A stretch of 64,000 nucleotides of DNA from an uncultured delta proteobacterium (GTDB taxonomy: Bacteria > Myxococcota_A > Polyangia > Palsa-1104), in the NCBI GenBank assembly GCA_963785725.1, contig CAWAWS010000024.1:32001-96000 (forward strand). The letters are read 5' to 3'. The notes below the pieces were generated by a model that was given only the letters and a program-made list of their open reading frames with translations, had not been told where the DNA came from and searched no databases. The translations under genes and the position numbers were made by a program. Shown here piece by piece: positions 41,868-55,600 of the stretch; within the stretch, counting starts at the first letter, position 1; every line of letters begins with the position of its first letter.

Positions 41868-44362
41868 TGCGCACCTCCGCCGCCGAAGAGGCGCTCTTTG
41901 ACGTCGATCCATTCCGTCAGCTTCGGCGCGTGCGCACCGCACGTGCGCGCCTGTTTGTAGAGCTCGAGCGCCTTGCGCGAGTCGCCCTGGCGGTCGCGCA
42001 GGATGCCCAAGTTGAGCCGCGCTTCACACGGCCGCGTTCCGAGCGCGTCGAACGTGCGCTCGGCAGACGGCGTCTTGCCCGAGAACAGATCGATGACCGC
42101 CATGTTGTGCTCGAGATCGCGGCGATCGCCCTTCGCTTGCACCTTCGACGCGCTCGCCAGGTAGACGCCGGCGCGCTTCTCGTCCGAGCGCTGATAGTAG
42201 TCGTACGCGAGCAGCTCGTAGCCCGAGCGCAACAGCTGACGCATCCACTCGGCCGTGCCGCCGGTCGCCTTCGCCGTCAGCTGGCCGAACAGCTTGACCG
42301 CGCCTTCGCGCCTTTGCGGGCTGCCGCTGTCGCGATATTGCGTGTAGGCGACGAAGAACTTCGTGCCCAGCTTGTCGTACGGCGGCCGGAACGCGCAGGC
42401 GTTGTCGCCGCCCGACTTGATCGCCGTATCCCACGCGTCCTCGGCCTGCGTGATCTTGCCGACCTTCAACGCCGCCAGCGCCTCGCCGCACGACACCGTC
42501 GCCATCTCGCGGCCGTTCAAGACGCCGCGCGGCGCTTTGGCCGCCGCCATCAAGTCGTCGAGCGCGCCGTCGGTCTGCTTGGGATCGCGCAGACGCACGA
42601 GCGCGCGCTTGAAGTAGGCGATCGTCAGGTTGCGCTGCGCCGTCGGCAACAGCGACGACGTGCCCGCCTCTTTGACCGCCGTCTCCAGCACCGTCACCGC
42701 CTGATCGATCTTGTCGCTGTCGAGATAGAGCGGCCCGAGCTCGGTGTAAATCGCCGCCAAGTCCGGCCCGCGCGAGCGCAGCGCCATCTGCGCCGCCTTC
42801 TCGTAGGCGACGACCGCCGCCGTATTTTTGTGCTGCATGAGGAGCGCGCGCGCCAACATGCGATTGAGCACCATGTCGTTGGGGACCTTCTTGAGCGACT
42901 TCTGCAGCACCGTCTCCGACTCGCTGTACTTCTTGGCCAACAACAGCACGAGCCCGAGGTTGCGATTGGTCATCAGATCTTCCGGCGTCAGCCGAATCGC
43001 ATCCGACAGCTGCTGATAGGCCAAGCCCGTCTCGCCCTTGTCGACGGCGACGCCGGCGCGACGGTTGAGCACCTTGACGAGCCCGGCGCGCGCGACGCCG
43101 CTGTTGGGATCGAGGTTCAACGCCGCCTGCAGCGTCGTCGTCGCGCGCTCGTCGTTGCCGGCCAAGAAGTAGACCTGACCGGCCGTCGCCAGCGCTTTGG
43201 CATCGCGCGTCAACGACGACAGCTCGTCGGCCATCGCGTTCAGCTTGTCGCGCGGCGCGTGAATCGCCGCGTAGGCCTCGGCCAACGCGCCCAAGATTTC
43301 CGGATCGCGCGGTTGCCCCGCCGCTTTGGCGCTCGCCGACGCCTGCTCGAGGTAGGTGATCGCCGCCTGATAATTCTTCGTCGCCAAGTAGATGCGGCCG
43401 ATCTTGCCCTTGATGGTGCCGTTGTTGGCATCGAGCCGCTCGGCCGCCTGACACTCGGTCAAGGAGCGGGTGAAGTTCTTCTGCTCGTACAAGGCGTCGC
43501 ACAGAAGGACGTGGCCCTTGCCGTCTTGCGGCTTGGCTTTGACGTAGAGGTCGGCTTCACGCAGCGCGTCGGCATCGCGGCGCTCGCGCAGATAACAGGT
43601 GCCGAGGTTGTAGTAGATGCTCGGCTGCCGCACCGCTTCGCCGAGGATGCGCTCGTAGAGCGAGATGGCCTGGCTACAGGCGTTCTTGCCGACGAACACC
43701 GAGCCCAACATCAGCTTGGCCGTCATGTCGTTCGGCTTCGTCTTCAAGAGCGCCTCGAACTCGCGCTGCGCCGCCTCCCAATCCTTCGCGTAGATGTAAG
43801 CGGTGCCGAGGCGCTCGTGCACTTGCGGATCTTGGCTGGCCGCGGCCGGCGGACGATTCTTCAGGTACTGCTCGAGCGCCGCCGCCGCGCGCTTCGGCTC
43901 GGTCTTGACCAAGAACTGTCCGAGCTGCAGCTGCGCCGCGTACGACTCCGGCCGCTGCGCGACGACCTCTTCGAGCAGCCGAATCGACTCCGCCGGCGGC
44001 GGGTTCGCCGTCTTGTAGAGCGCGAGCCCCAGCGTTTCGCGCACGTCGGGGTCGGACTGATCGGGCGCTTTTCGCAGCTCGGTGATCGCCTCGGCGTACT
44101 TCTTCTTGCCGTAGAGGATCGCGGCCAAGCGCCAATAGGCGTCGTTGAGCTTGGGATCGAGGCTGATGGCCTCGCGGAACTTGGCCTCGGCGGTCGCGAA
44201 GTCGTCGCTCTCGAGCGCTTTACGTCCGTCGTTGAGCGCCTGTTGTCCCGGTGAGTCGGAGCCGCTGCGACCGCCCGCCTGCGCCGCCGCCCGACCCGCG
44301 AAGCCACCCGCCAGCACCATCGAAAGGCCAACCGCCAGCGCGGTCAGACGCAGCGCCTTCAT
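41864..44362 (-). CDS. Secreted TPR-repeat protein (832 aa)
   Basis: Signal peptide and many TPR units (e.g. YYNLGTCYL, ARLNLGIL). Confidence 0.9.
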   Translation of the reverse strand: MKALRLTALAVGLSMVLAGGFAGRAAAQAGGRSGSDSPGQQALNDGRKALESDDFATAEAKFREAISLDPKLNDAYWRLAAILYGKKKYAEAITELRKAPDQSDPDVRETLGLALYKTANPPPAESIRLLEEVVAQRPESYAAQLQLGQFLVKTEPKRAAAALEQYLKNRPPAAASQDPQVHERLGTAYIYAKDWEAAQREFEALLKTKPNDMTAKLMLGSVFVGKNACSQAISLYERILGEAVRQPSIYYNLGTCYLRERRDADALREADLYVKAKPQDGKGHVLLCDALYEQKNFTRSLTECQAAERLDANNGTIKGKIGRIYLATKNYQAAITYLEQASASAKAAGQPRDPEILGALAEAYAAIHAPRDKLNAMADELSSLTRDAKALATAGQVYFLAGNDERATTTLQAALNLDPNSGVARAGLVKVLNRRAGVAVDKGETGLAYQQLSDAIRLTPEDLMTNRNLGLVLLLAKKYSESETVLQKSLKKVPNDMVLNRMLARALLMQHKNTAAVVAYEKAAQMALRSRGPDLAAIYTELGPLYLDSDKIDQAVTVLETAVKEAGTSSLLPTAQRNLTIAYFKRALVRLRDPKQTDGALDDLMAAAKAPRGVLNGREMATVSCGEALAALKVGKITQAEDAWDTAIKSGGDNACAFRPPYDKLGTKFFVAYTQYRDSGSPQRREGAVKLFGQLTAKATGGTAEWMRQLLRSGYELLAYDYYQRSDEKRAGVYLASASKVQAKGDRRDLEHNMAVIDLFSGKTPSAERTFDALGTRPCEARLNLGILRDRQGDSRKALELYKQARTCGAHAPKLTEWIDVKERLFGGGGAQ

Positions 44363-45947
44363 TACGATGCAATCCGCGCGAAGACCATCGTGATGTCGTC
44401 TTTGCGCGCGCGCTCGCCGAAGAACGCGCCGGCCGCGCCGACGACGCTCTCGCGCATCTGCACCGGCTCGAGATCGGCGGCGCGACGAATGGCGGCGCGG
44501 AAGCGCTTCTCGCCATACTCCTCGCCGCGATCGTTCTCACACTCGACGATGCCGTCCGTGTACCAGACGAGGATGTCGTTGGGCTGCAGCTGGTGCACCT
44601 TCTCGGCGTACGTCGACTCCTCGAGGTCGCCCAAGCGATTGCCGCGCGACATGAGCACCTGGAAGTCGTTGCCTTCGCCGACGCTCGGCCGGAACAGGTA
44701 CGGGAAGTTGTGGCCGGCGTTGGCGTAGGTGATCGTGCCCTTCTTCGGATCGAAGATCGACGCGAAGCAGGTCATGACGAACTTGCGCTTGGCGCTCTCG
44801 AAGATGGCGCGGTTCATGACCTCGAGGAGGCGCGTGACCGTGAGCTGATTGCCCTCGGTGGCGCGCACGACGTCGCAGGCCGCCTTCGCCGCCGCGGTGA
44901 TCATCGCCGACGGCACGCCGTGGCCGGTGACGTCGCCGATGACGACGAGCACGCGCCCGTCCGGCATGTCGTGCATAGGTCCACCAATCGCCGCCGCACT
45001 GCGACGCGGGCAAGAAGTAGCCGGCCAGCCGCACGAAGCTGCGCTCGACCAGATCGCCCGGCGGAACCAGCGTCTCCTGAATCGTGCGCGCGACCTCGAG
45101 CTCCTTCTCCAGCGTCGCCTTCTCGGCCGTCTCACGCATGAGGATCAGCAGTCGATCGGCCATGTAGTTGAAGTTCTCGCCGAGCATGCCGATCTCGTCG
45201 CCCGACGAAATCTCGCACGCGCGTGTCGAGATCGCCGCGCGCGATCTGATCGGCGCGCCACGCCAGCATCTTGATCGGCCGCGAGATTCGTAGGCCCTGG
45301 AAGATCGACAGCGCCGTGCCGACGAGCACGAAGAAGAGCCCGACCAGCGCCGTGCGCACCCACGCCGCCTGGAACGCCGCTTCTTTCTCGGCGTCGAGCC
45401 GGCGCAGCGTCGAGTCGAGCAGCGTCTGCGAGTAGGCGAGCACGACGGTGCCTTGGCGCACGCCGTCCTGAATGACCGGGCGCGAGAAGACGTACTGCTT
45501 ACCGTTGGCGCTCTGCACCTCGCGCGTGACCGCGTCCTTGGCGGCGAGCATGTCCTTCGCCGCCGGATCGGTCATGGGTTTACCGAGCATCGCCTTGTCC
45601 GAGTGCGCGATGACCATGCCGTCCTTATCGGCGACATAGACGTACGCGACCTCCGGATCGCCGTTGGCGATGTCGGGCACGAAGCTCTGCAGCGTCGTGA
45701 AGTCGTTCTGGACGATAGCGGTGCGGCTCGCCTGCACGAGATCCTTGGTCTGGACCGTGCCGCGCTTCTGCAGCGACGTCTTGAACGCGTCACTTTGACG
45801 CAGCGCCTGCTCGTCGAATACCCGACTGGTGTTGACGATGTTCAATATTCCGAACAGCGCAACGATCATGAGGATGAGCAGCGTAGACGTGGCGATCATC
45901 TTTACGCTGATCGAGGCTCCCCGGCGTTTCTCCATGAGCTCGCGCAC
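44362..45947 (-). CDS. Membrane PP2C/SpoIIE (RsbU-like) phosphatase with Cache-like and HAMP domains (+1 frameshifts near 45215 and 44975)
   Basis: 2 TMs; HAMP DEIGMLGENFNYM; ELEVARTIQ; CGGDWW; IGDVTGHG; NAGH; YTDGIVE; DDIT. Confidence 0.9.
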
Positions 45948-46048
45948 TCCCCTGTAATGACTGTAAAGAAGGGCACGAACACCCTTCCAAGTTCGCCAAG
46001 TTTACAGGGACTTGTCGCGACCGTCAATTGCGCTTATGATCGACGGTC

Positions 46049-46591
46049 GTGAGCGCCCTCGACAACTTCCTCTCCCAGTTCAAGCAGTTCAGCGACGTCA
46101 TCATCGACAGCTATTTCGTCTGCGATCACGAGCGGAACATCGTCGACTTCAACCGCGCATTCTTTTCCCTTTTGCCGCGCAACATCGCCCGCGGCTTGAA
46201 GGGCAAGAAGTGTTACGAGGTGCTCGCGCTCAACATCTGCCAGGACCGCTGCATCGCGCAGCAGTGCTGGACCGACAAGAAGTCGGTGCGCCTCGACGAG
46301 ATCGACGGCCGTCCGGCGGGCTCGGAGAAGCCGATGCGCTTCATCTTGTCGGCGATCCCGATCCTCGACGAAGCCGGCAATCCGGTGGGCGCGCTCGAGA
46401 TCCAGCGCGACGTCACCGACGAGGCGGTCGTGCAGGTCAAGTATCAGGACATGCTCGACAACGAAGCGCGCGAGCGCGAGCGGCTGGCGGCGCAGATTCG
46501 CTCGCGCACCAAAGAGCTGCTGGAGACGAACCAGACGCTGTTGCGCGTGCAAAAAGAGCTGCTCTCGTACAAAAAAGGCCTCAGCGTCTAA
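46049..46591 (+). CDS. Stand-alone PAS protein with Cys motif and C-terminal coiled coil
   Basis: [39 protein letters not shown], then a heptad-rich tail. Confidence 0.85.
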   Translation: MSALDNFLSQFKQFSDVIIDSYFVCDHERNIVDFNRAFFSLLPRNIARGLKGKKCYEVLALNICQDRCIAQQCWTDKKSVRLDEIDGRPAGSEKPMRFILSAIPILDEAGNPVGALEIQRDVTDEAVVQVKYQDMLDNEARERERLAAQIRSRTKELLETNQTLLRVQKELLSYKKGLSV

Positions 46592-46597
46592 GCATTC

Positions 46598-48337
46598 TTG
46601 GGCCGCGTCGTGCGCAGCGCGCGGTCCGGTTTTCTCGCAGTCTTCGTCGCCGCGTGTGCCGCGGCGCTCATCACGTTCCAGCCGACCCGCGATCCCGACA
46701 CCTGGTGGCACTTGGCGACGGGGCGGCTGGCGTTGGCGACGCGCTCGACGCTGCCGACCGATCCCTTCAGCTTCAGCTTTTACGGCGCGGCGTGGCGCTA
46801 CAAAGATCTCGTCGCCGATGGGCTGATCTGGCTCGCCTATCGCGGCGGCGGCTTCGTCGGGCTGTGGCTGGGCGCGGCCGTCGCGGGCGCGGCGATGGCG
46901 CTCGGCTGGCACCTCGTGACGCGGCGGACGCTGCCGATCCTGGTGGCGCTGGCGGTGACGCTGCCGCTGTTACCGTGGGCGATGCGGCCGAACCTCTTGT
47001 CGCTGGCGCTGTTCCCGACGCTGCTCGCGCTCATCCAGCGGCGCCGCTCGGCCCTGCCGCTCGTCGTCGTCAGCTGGCTGTGGATCATCCTGCATCGCGC
47101 GGCGCTGCTCGGCTACGTGCTGCTGCTCGCGCGGGCCGTGCAGCTCGGGTTGGCGCGGCTGTGCGCGCGTCGGCCGCGGCTGTCGCTCGTCGCCGGCGCG
47201 CCGCCGTCGTCGCGCGAGCTCGTCGAAGCGGCCATCGCCGCGGGGGTCGCGCCGCTCGTCGGCCTGCTGAATCCGGCGGGGCGCGCGGCGTTCACGAGCG
47301 CCGTCGACGTCGCCGGCAGCGCCGTCTTGCGCGTCTACATCGCCGAGTGGAAGCAGCTCGGTCTCGGCGCGCTCGCCAACTGGAGCGGCGCGCTCGGCGG
47401 CGTCGCGATCGCCGTCGTGGTCGTGCGCCTCGTCGTCGCCGTTCGCCGCCACGAGCGCGCGCCATTCGACAGCTGGCACCTCGGTTTACTGACGCTCTTC
47501 GCGGCGTTGTCGACGCAAAGTGTCCGCTGGCTCCCCTATCTGACGCTGGCGAGCGCGCTCGTGCTCGTCATCGCCATCGACGAAGTGGCGCCGCGTCTGC
47601 CGGGTCCGCGCGCGCTGGCGGCGACAATGCTGACGATCGTCATCATTGCCGCCGGCGCCGGCTGGGCGCGCCACGGCGCTGCGTTCGCGCTCGGTGAGGA
47701 GCGCGCGGTCGAGCCGGCCGACGCTCTCGACTTCGCGCGCGCCCATCGGCTCGACGGCCCACTCGTGCACTCCTACGAATTCGGCGGCTATCTGCTGTGG
47801 CGCGGCGTCCCCGTGCTCGTCGACGGCCGGCTCGATCAGCTCTACCCGCCCGCGTTCGTCGCCACCTGCATTCAGGCCGAGCGCAACCCGCGCTTCCTCG
47901 CGCAGCTGCCGCTCGAAAACGCCACCTGGGCCATCGGCTCCAACGGCGACGCGCGCTTCACCCATCGCTACCTCTTCGCCGACCCGCGCTGGATGATGGT
48001 CTACTGGAGCGACGCCGCGTCGGTCTACGTCGTGCGCGCGGCCCATCCCGAGCTCGCGTCGCTGGCGTTCGGCGCGATCGACCCGGCGGCGCCCGAGCGC
48101 TCGGCGGCCGAGGCGGCGCGCTCGGGCGACGCGGCGCGCATCGGCCAAGCGCTCGGCGAGCTGCGCCGCATGGTGACCGCGTCGCCGACGAGCATCCGCG
48201 CCAACTCCGCGCTCGCCATCCTGTTCCACGTGATCGGCCGCAGCGCCGAGCGCGACGTCGTCATGCGCGTCCTGCACGCCGTCGCGCCCGACCACCCCGC
48301 CATTCGCGAGCTCGACCGCCGCTTCGGCGCGCACTGA
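46598..48337 (+). CDS. Multi-pass membrane protein, GT-C-like glycosyltransferase candidate with TPR-like tail
   Basis: DPDTWWHLATGR, DPFSF, LLNPAG, IAEW, YEFGGYLLW, VDGRLD motifs; about 10 or more TMs. Confidence 0.7.
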   Translation: MGRVVRSARSGFLAVFVAACAAALITFQPTRDPDTWWHLATGRLALATRSTLPTDPFSFSFYGAAWRYKDLVADGLIWLAYRGGGFVGLWLGAAVAGAAMALGWHLVTRRTLPILVALAVTLPLLPWAMRPNLLSLALFPTLLALIQRRRSALPLVVVSWLWIILHRAALLGYVLLLARAVQLGLARLCARRPRLSLVAGAPPSSRELVEAAIAAGVAPLVGLLNPAGRAAFTSAVDVAGSAVLRVYIAEWKQLGLGALANWSGALGGVAIAVVVVRLVVAVRRHERAPFDSWHLGLLTLFAALSTQSVRWLPYLTLASALVLVIAIDEVAPRLPGPRALAATMLTIVIIAAGAGWARHGAAFALGEERAVEPADALDFARAHRLDGPLVHSYEFGGYLLWRGVPVLVDGRLDQLYPPAFVATCIQAERNPRFLAQLPLENATWAIGSNGDARFTHRYLFADPRWMMVYWSDAASVYVVRAAHPELASLAFGAIDPAAPERSAAEAARSGDAARIGQALGELRRMVTASPTSIRANSALAILFHVIGRSAERDVVMRVLHAVAPDHPAIRELDRRFGAH

Positions 48338-48528
48338 CCTCAACCGGCCGGCCACATTCGCCTGCCGAATGCTTCGATGGCGCTCGAAGCGTGGCCGCGC
48401 CGGCTTCGTTACCGCCGCGCTGCTCGAGCGGCTGATGGGCATCGCGGCCACCGCGGCGTCACCCTCTCCGCGCGCGGAGAGAAGTTCCTGACGAGCCTTC
48501 AGCTTCGTTGAAACAAAATTGACCGCCG

Positions 48529-48650
48529 GCAAAACGTCGCGAGCGGCCCAAGCGCAAGGCGGAGCGAGCACCGGCGCGCAGCGGGCTTCAAGCCCGTGAG
48601 CACCGGCGCGCAGCGACAACGCGGCGATTGGGCCGCTCGCGGCGTTTTGC
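48529..48650. repeat. 122-nt palindromic element (22-23 bp terminal inverted repeat, internal direct repeat and hairpin); REP/MITE-like or terminator
   Basis: GCAAAACGTCGCGAGCGGCCCA ... TGGGCCGCTCGCGGCGTTTTGC (1 mismatch); GAGCACCGGCGCGCAGCG twice; CGGGCT-TCA-AGCCCG. Confidence 0.8.
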
Positions 48651-49586
<936 letters not shown>

Positions 49587-49695
49587 CTTACTTCGTGGTT
49601 GAGTTTCTGTCCAGCCGACCCCGCCGCCAGGTAAGGGCTGCGGCTGCGGCTCGACATCATCGAATCTGGGTGGTCCATCGTCATCATTGAGCCGG

Positions 49696-52600
49696 TCATA
49701 AGCGTCCTGCCGGATCACCTAATGTAGATCGCAGCTCGTGATACGCATCGGACAAGAAGAACCTGACCAGCTCGGCGCCGCCGACCACTTGGCCGAGCGC
49801 GACCGCGCCGTCGGGTGACACGGCCAGCTCTTCGCCGCCGAGCCGCGCCAACATGCGCGCCGCCGCACCTACGTCGTCGCACGCGAGCAGACCGGCGCGG
49901 TCGGCCGCTTGACCGAGCGCGGCGAACCAGCCGTCGATCGACGTGCCGGGCGCGAGGCCTTGCAGCCGCTCGACCGCCTTGGCCGCCTTGCGCGGCAGCT
50001 GACGCACGAACTCTTGCACCTGCGGCTCGCGCTCGCTCTCGGGCTTGATGAGCTGATCGATGAGGTGCCCGACTTCGGCGCGATCGCTCGCGCGCAGCCG
50101 CGTGACCAGCGCGTAGCCGCCCCGCAGCGGCTCGAAGGCGCGACCGAGCAGGAAGCGGCGCTCGCCGTCGGGACGCTCGACGAACGACGCTTCGATGACC
50201 ACCGTCGGCTTGGGCGAGTCGAAGATGATGACGCCGCCCGGCACCTGCTCGGCCACGTACACGTCGGCGTTGACGCCGAACAGGCGCTGCGCGTCGACGA
50301 CGCAGACCTTGAAGCCGGGATCGGACACGGCCGACGCCGGCATCGCGTTCTGCACCATCGGCACGCCGTACGTGATCGTCGAGCGTCTCGCGCACGGCCG
50401 ACAGCGCCTCGGTGTACGAGCCGAGCACCGGCGGCGGCAACAGACGCGTGCGGCGCAGGTCGTCGGACAAGGAGCCGCGCTTGACGTTGGCGCGGAAGAC
50501 CGGCGGCCGATCGGTCGACTCGGCGTAACCGAGCAGCGACAGCATGGTGCCCACGCGCGCCGCGCGATCGAGATCGCCCGAGCGCTGATAGACCGACACC
50601 AGCAGTCGATAGGCCGGCGCGTGACGCAGATCGGAGCCGAGCACGAGCAAGAGCTCCTCGCGCGCCAGATTCAGCGTCGAGTCGGACATCGAGAGCAGCT
50701 CGGCGGCCGAGACGCGATCGTCGTGGCTCTCGGGCGCGCGCGACAGCACTTGGCGATAGGCGTCGATGGCGCGCGGCGTGTCGTCGACGGACACGAAGTA
50801 GCGCGCCATGCCGCGACGCAGCTGCAGCTCGACTTCGGAGCCGCGCGACTCGGCCACTTTGAGCGCCTCGTCCATGATGATCTGCGCTTGTCCGCGATCG
50901 CCCGCCGCTGCCGCGCGCCGCGCCAGCGACAATGCCGCCGGCGGATACGACGGATCGAGATCGATGGCGCGACGATAGGCGCGACCGGCGCCCGCGGAAT
51001 CGCCCGACGCCTCGGCGATGCGGCCGAGATAATCGTAATAACGCGCCAGCTCTTCCGGCGGCACCGTGCGGCCGGGCGCGGCCGCCAGCTGAATCAGCCG
51101 CTCGCAGGCGCGATGGGCTTCGCCGTAACGACCGAGCAGGTACAGCTCTTGCGCCAAACGATAATGCGCGTCGCGATGATCGGGATCTTCTTCGATCAGC
51201 TCCTCGAGCGTAATCGCCGAGCGCGCCGGATCCATCGCGCCGTCGCCGTAGATTTCCGAGAGGCGATAACGCGCCGCCGACTTCGCGGGCACGCTGTCGG
51301 AGCGACTGATGAACGCCTCGAGCACGACCGCGGCCGAGTCGAAGCGGCGCAATTTTTCGTGCAGCGACACGAGCGCGTCGATGATGCTGTATTCGTCGGA
51401 GCTGAGCCGCAGCGCCTCCAAATAGAGCTGCTCGGACTGCTCGATCTCGTACTCGCGCTCACGCAGCGAGCCTTGCGCGACGAGCACGCGCGCCAGCGAA
51501 TTGCCGGTGTCGCGCTTGCGATAGAGCTTCTCCAGCTCGCGGAAGGTGCCGATGAAGTCGTAAGCGTCGGGCGCGGTCTGGCACAGCGTCACCAGCTTCT
51601 CGAGCGCGTCGGTGTTTTCCGGCCGAATCTCGAGCGCGACCACCAAGCTCTCGGCCGCCGCCCGCAGATCGCCGGTCTTCTCGGCGACGACGGCCCGCTT
51701 GCGATAGAACTCCGAGCGCTCGACCGGATCGCCTTCGCGCGTCACCTTCTGCGTGAGGATGACGGCGATCGGCAGGGCGCGCGGGAACTCGCCGCGCGCG
51801 AAATAGAGCTCGAACAGCGCGCGATTGGCCGGCAGACACTCGCGATCGACCGTCAGCGCCGATTCGTAATACTGGATCGCGCGATCTTGGTCGCCGAGCT
51901 TGTCGCCGTAAATCTGGCCGATGTGCGCGAAGACGCCGGCGCGCTCTTTATCCTCGGTCCAGAGCTTGGCTTCGAGCTCCAACGTCTGAATGACGCGCGG
52001 CCAATCCTCTTTGCGCAGGTACAAGTCGCGCAAGCCGTGGACGGCCGGCAAGCACGAGGGCGACGTCTTGATGGCCGCGTCGTAATAGCGGATCGCGTCG
52101 TCTTCCTTGCCGAACTTCGACTCCATGACGGAGCCGCACTTGAAGTAGAGGATCGCCTTTTGCGCGCGATCGTTGACGATGCGGATCTGCCGCCGCGTCA
52201 CCTCGACCAGCTCGGCCCAACGCTCGGTGCCTTCGTACAAACGGCCGAGCGCCTCGATCGCCTCTTTGTGCGACGGCGCGATGTCGAGGATCTTGCGATA
52301 GCTCTCGATGGCGCGATCGGCGTCGCGCAAGCCCTCTTCGCACATCTGCGCGATGCGTAAGTAGAGCGCGATGGCCTCGTCGCCGCCGGCGGTGAGCGAC
52401 AGCCGCGTCGTCAAAATGCCGACGAGCTTCTCCCAGTCGCGCGTGCGCTCGTAATGGCGCTCGAGCGCGTCGAGCCCTTCGGAGTCGGTCGGATCGACCG
52501 AGTGCAGCCGCTGATAAATGCGCGCCGCTTCGACCGCGTCCTTCAGCTTCGCCGCCGCCACACGCGCCGCGCGCCGCAGAATCTCGACGCGCTTGACGTC

Positions 52601-55600
52601 GTCTTTGACCAGCTCGCCGCGCCGTTCGTAGGCGTTGATGAGCCCTTGCCAATCCGACTGCGCCGAGAAGATGCGCTCGAGCGCCGTCTGCGCCGTGTCG
52701 GCTTCGGGATCGAGCTCGAGCACGCGCAAGTACGACGCCGCCGCCTCGCCCGGCTGACCGAGATATTGCAGCTGCAGCTGACCGCGGCGCGCGTAGAGAT
52801 CGGCCAGTCGATAGGCGCGCGAACGCTGCACTTCGACGAGCCGAATCGCCGTGTCGTACAGCTCCATCGCCTGCCGCCACTTCTCGCGGCGATAGCAGAC
52901 GCGCTCGAACGCCGTGAAACAGGTGCGCGAGCCGGGATCGAGCTTGAACGCCTCGGTGTAAGCGGCGAGCGCGCCGTCGAGATCGTTGGAGCGTTCGAGC
53001 AGATCGCCCTTTTGCGCCAACACGCTCGCGCGCTGCTGCGGATCGGTCGTCGCCAGCGCGCGCACGTCGAGGATGCGGTTGAGATCGTCCGAGCGCTTGA
53101 GCTGCGCGTAAATCTCCGCCAGCGACGCCAGCGCTTCACCGTGATGCGGATCGACGCGCAGCGCGTTTTCGTAGGCTTCGGCCGCCGTCTCCGGCCGCGA
53201 CAGGCGCGACTTGCGAATCTCGCCCAGCTTCAGCCACAGCTCGAGCCGGCGCGCGGAGTCGAGCGTCGACTCGCCGTTGCCGATGTCGCCGATGGACAGC
53301 TCGCGCTCGATCGCCGCCGCCAAATCGGCGAAGCGCCCGCGCGACTCGTAGATGCGCTCGAGCGCGCGCGCCGCTTGCGGATCGCGCGGATCGGCCTCGT
53401 CGACGCGATGCCAGGCGCGCGCCGCCGAGTCGGGATTGTTGAGCCGCCGCTCGTACAGATCGGCGAGCGCACGCGCGGCGCGGGCGATCTCTTTCGGCTC
53501 TTCCAAGAGCGACAGCTCCGACTCGCGCGCCTGCGCCAGCTCGTCCCAGCGCTCGAGGTGCTCGAGCGCTTCGCACAAGGCGCGCACCGTGCGCACGCTG
53601 CGCGGCGCCCGCTTGAGCGCGTCGGCGAGCACGTCCCAGTTGCCTTCGCGACGGCACAGCCGCTCGAGGCCCGACAGCGCGGCCGCGTTGGCCGCGTCGA
53701 TGCGCAAGGCTTCGCGATAAGCCGCCAGCGCCGCTTTCAAGTCGCCGCCTTCGGCCTGATCGGCGGCGCGCGCCATCTCCAAGTGCAGCTCGAGCTGACG
53801 ATCGCGATCGTTCGTCAGCTTGAGCTCGCGGCGTAAGACGTCGAGCAGCTCGGGCAAGCGCCGATGACGCCGATGCAGCGTCGCCAACGCCGCCAGCGCC
53901 TGCATACACTCGCCGTCGCGTTCGAGCGCGCGATCGTAGGAGCGGCGCGCCGAGTCGTCGTCGTTGAGCCGCTTCTCGTAGATGTCGCCGATCTCGCACA
54001 AGAGCGTGGCCGCGCGCGTGCCGGCCGCCGTCTTCGCCGCCTGCTCGCGCAGCTCGACGGCGCGCGCCCACTTGCCGCTCTCGCCGAGCAGCCGCGCGAA
54101 CGCATGCAGCGTCGTGACGTCTTCGGGCGCCAACTCCAGCGCCTTCTCGTAATGCTCGTGCGCCGTCTTCTGATCGAGCAGATGCTCGCCGGCCACGCGC
54201 GCCAGCTGCCGATGCAGCCGCGCCTGCGCCTCTTTGGAGCGCACGAGGCCGATGATCGCCTTGAGCGCCGTCGCCAGCTCGGCGTAGTTCTGGTTCTTGC
54301 GATAGATCATCACTCGCCCGGCGTGGACGAGCAGATCATCGGGATCGCGATCGGCGGCGGCGTTGAACGAGGACTCGGCCTCGCCCGCCTGCCCGGCTTC
54401 GAGCGCCAGCGCGCCGGCGATGGCGTAGTAGGTCGCGCCGCGTCGCGCGTCGACGTTGGGCGCCGCGCCCAGCCGCTGATAGGTGTGCACCAGCTGACCG
54501 GCGTCGTGGGCGCGACGATGCGCGCGCGCCAAGGCTTCGAGCGGCGCGCGCTGGCCCGAGGCGTCGGCGGCTTGGCGCCAGCGCGCCACCATCGTCTCCG
54601 GCGGATCGCCGGCCACTTCCGACGCGCGCGCCGCGAGCGCCAAATGCCCGACGCCGGCCGCGCCGCGCGCGCGACCGGTCTGCTCGAGAATCTGCGCCGC
54701 TTCCGACGCCGCGCCGCGGAGGATGCGCAGGCGCGCCAGCACCATCGCCACGGCGCCGTCGGACGGCGCCGCCGCGTGCAAGCGGCCGTAGAGCACTTCG
54801 GCGCGCGCGGCATCGCCGACTCGCGCGTCCCATATTTCGGCGGCCCGACGCAGATAGGCGTTCGACCACGCGGCCGAGCCGGCCATGCGCGCCAGCTGCT
54901 CCCACGCGTCGGCGGCGCGCGCCCACTCGCCGCGCTTGGCTTCGAGCCGCGCCCGCGCCCGCCACGCCAGCAGCGAGCCGAAGTCGTCGCGGCGCACATT
55001 GCCGGGACCACCGCCCTCGACGAGCTCGGCGATCAGCTCCGCCGCTTCGCCTTCGCCGCCCGACTTCTCCAGCGTCGTCGCCAACAGATATTGCGCGACC
55101 GCGCGTTCGGCGCCGGCGCCGCTCTCGTGCTCGAGCGCCTCCAGCTTGACGCGATGCACATCGGCCGCCGACGTATCGTCGAGCTCGAGCAGCCGCTCGA
55201 TGATGTACGGCAGCTGCTCCGAATGCTCCGCCGTCGCGCTCGCGAACGCGCGCGTCAACAGCGCCCGCGCCGTGCTCACGTCGCCCAAGCAATCTTGCGC
55301 CGTCGCCGCCGCTTCGGTCACGGCGTCGACGTCGTGCTCGTCGGCGCCGGCGAGCTTCGCCAGCGGCGCCCAGCTTCCCGCGAGCGCCAACGCCAACCGG
55401 CGCGCGAGCTTGCCTTCATCGCCGGCGAGCGCCAGCACTTCGGCCGCCTGCGCCGCGTCGCGCGGCCGCCAAATCAACAGCGAGCCCAGCTCCGCCAGAT
55501 CGGCCTTGTCGCCGCGCTTCTTGGCCTCGGCGATACACGCGTGCAGGAGCTGCTCGTCCTTGAGCTCGATCGCCGCCGCCAGCTTCAGCGCCGGCACCAG

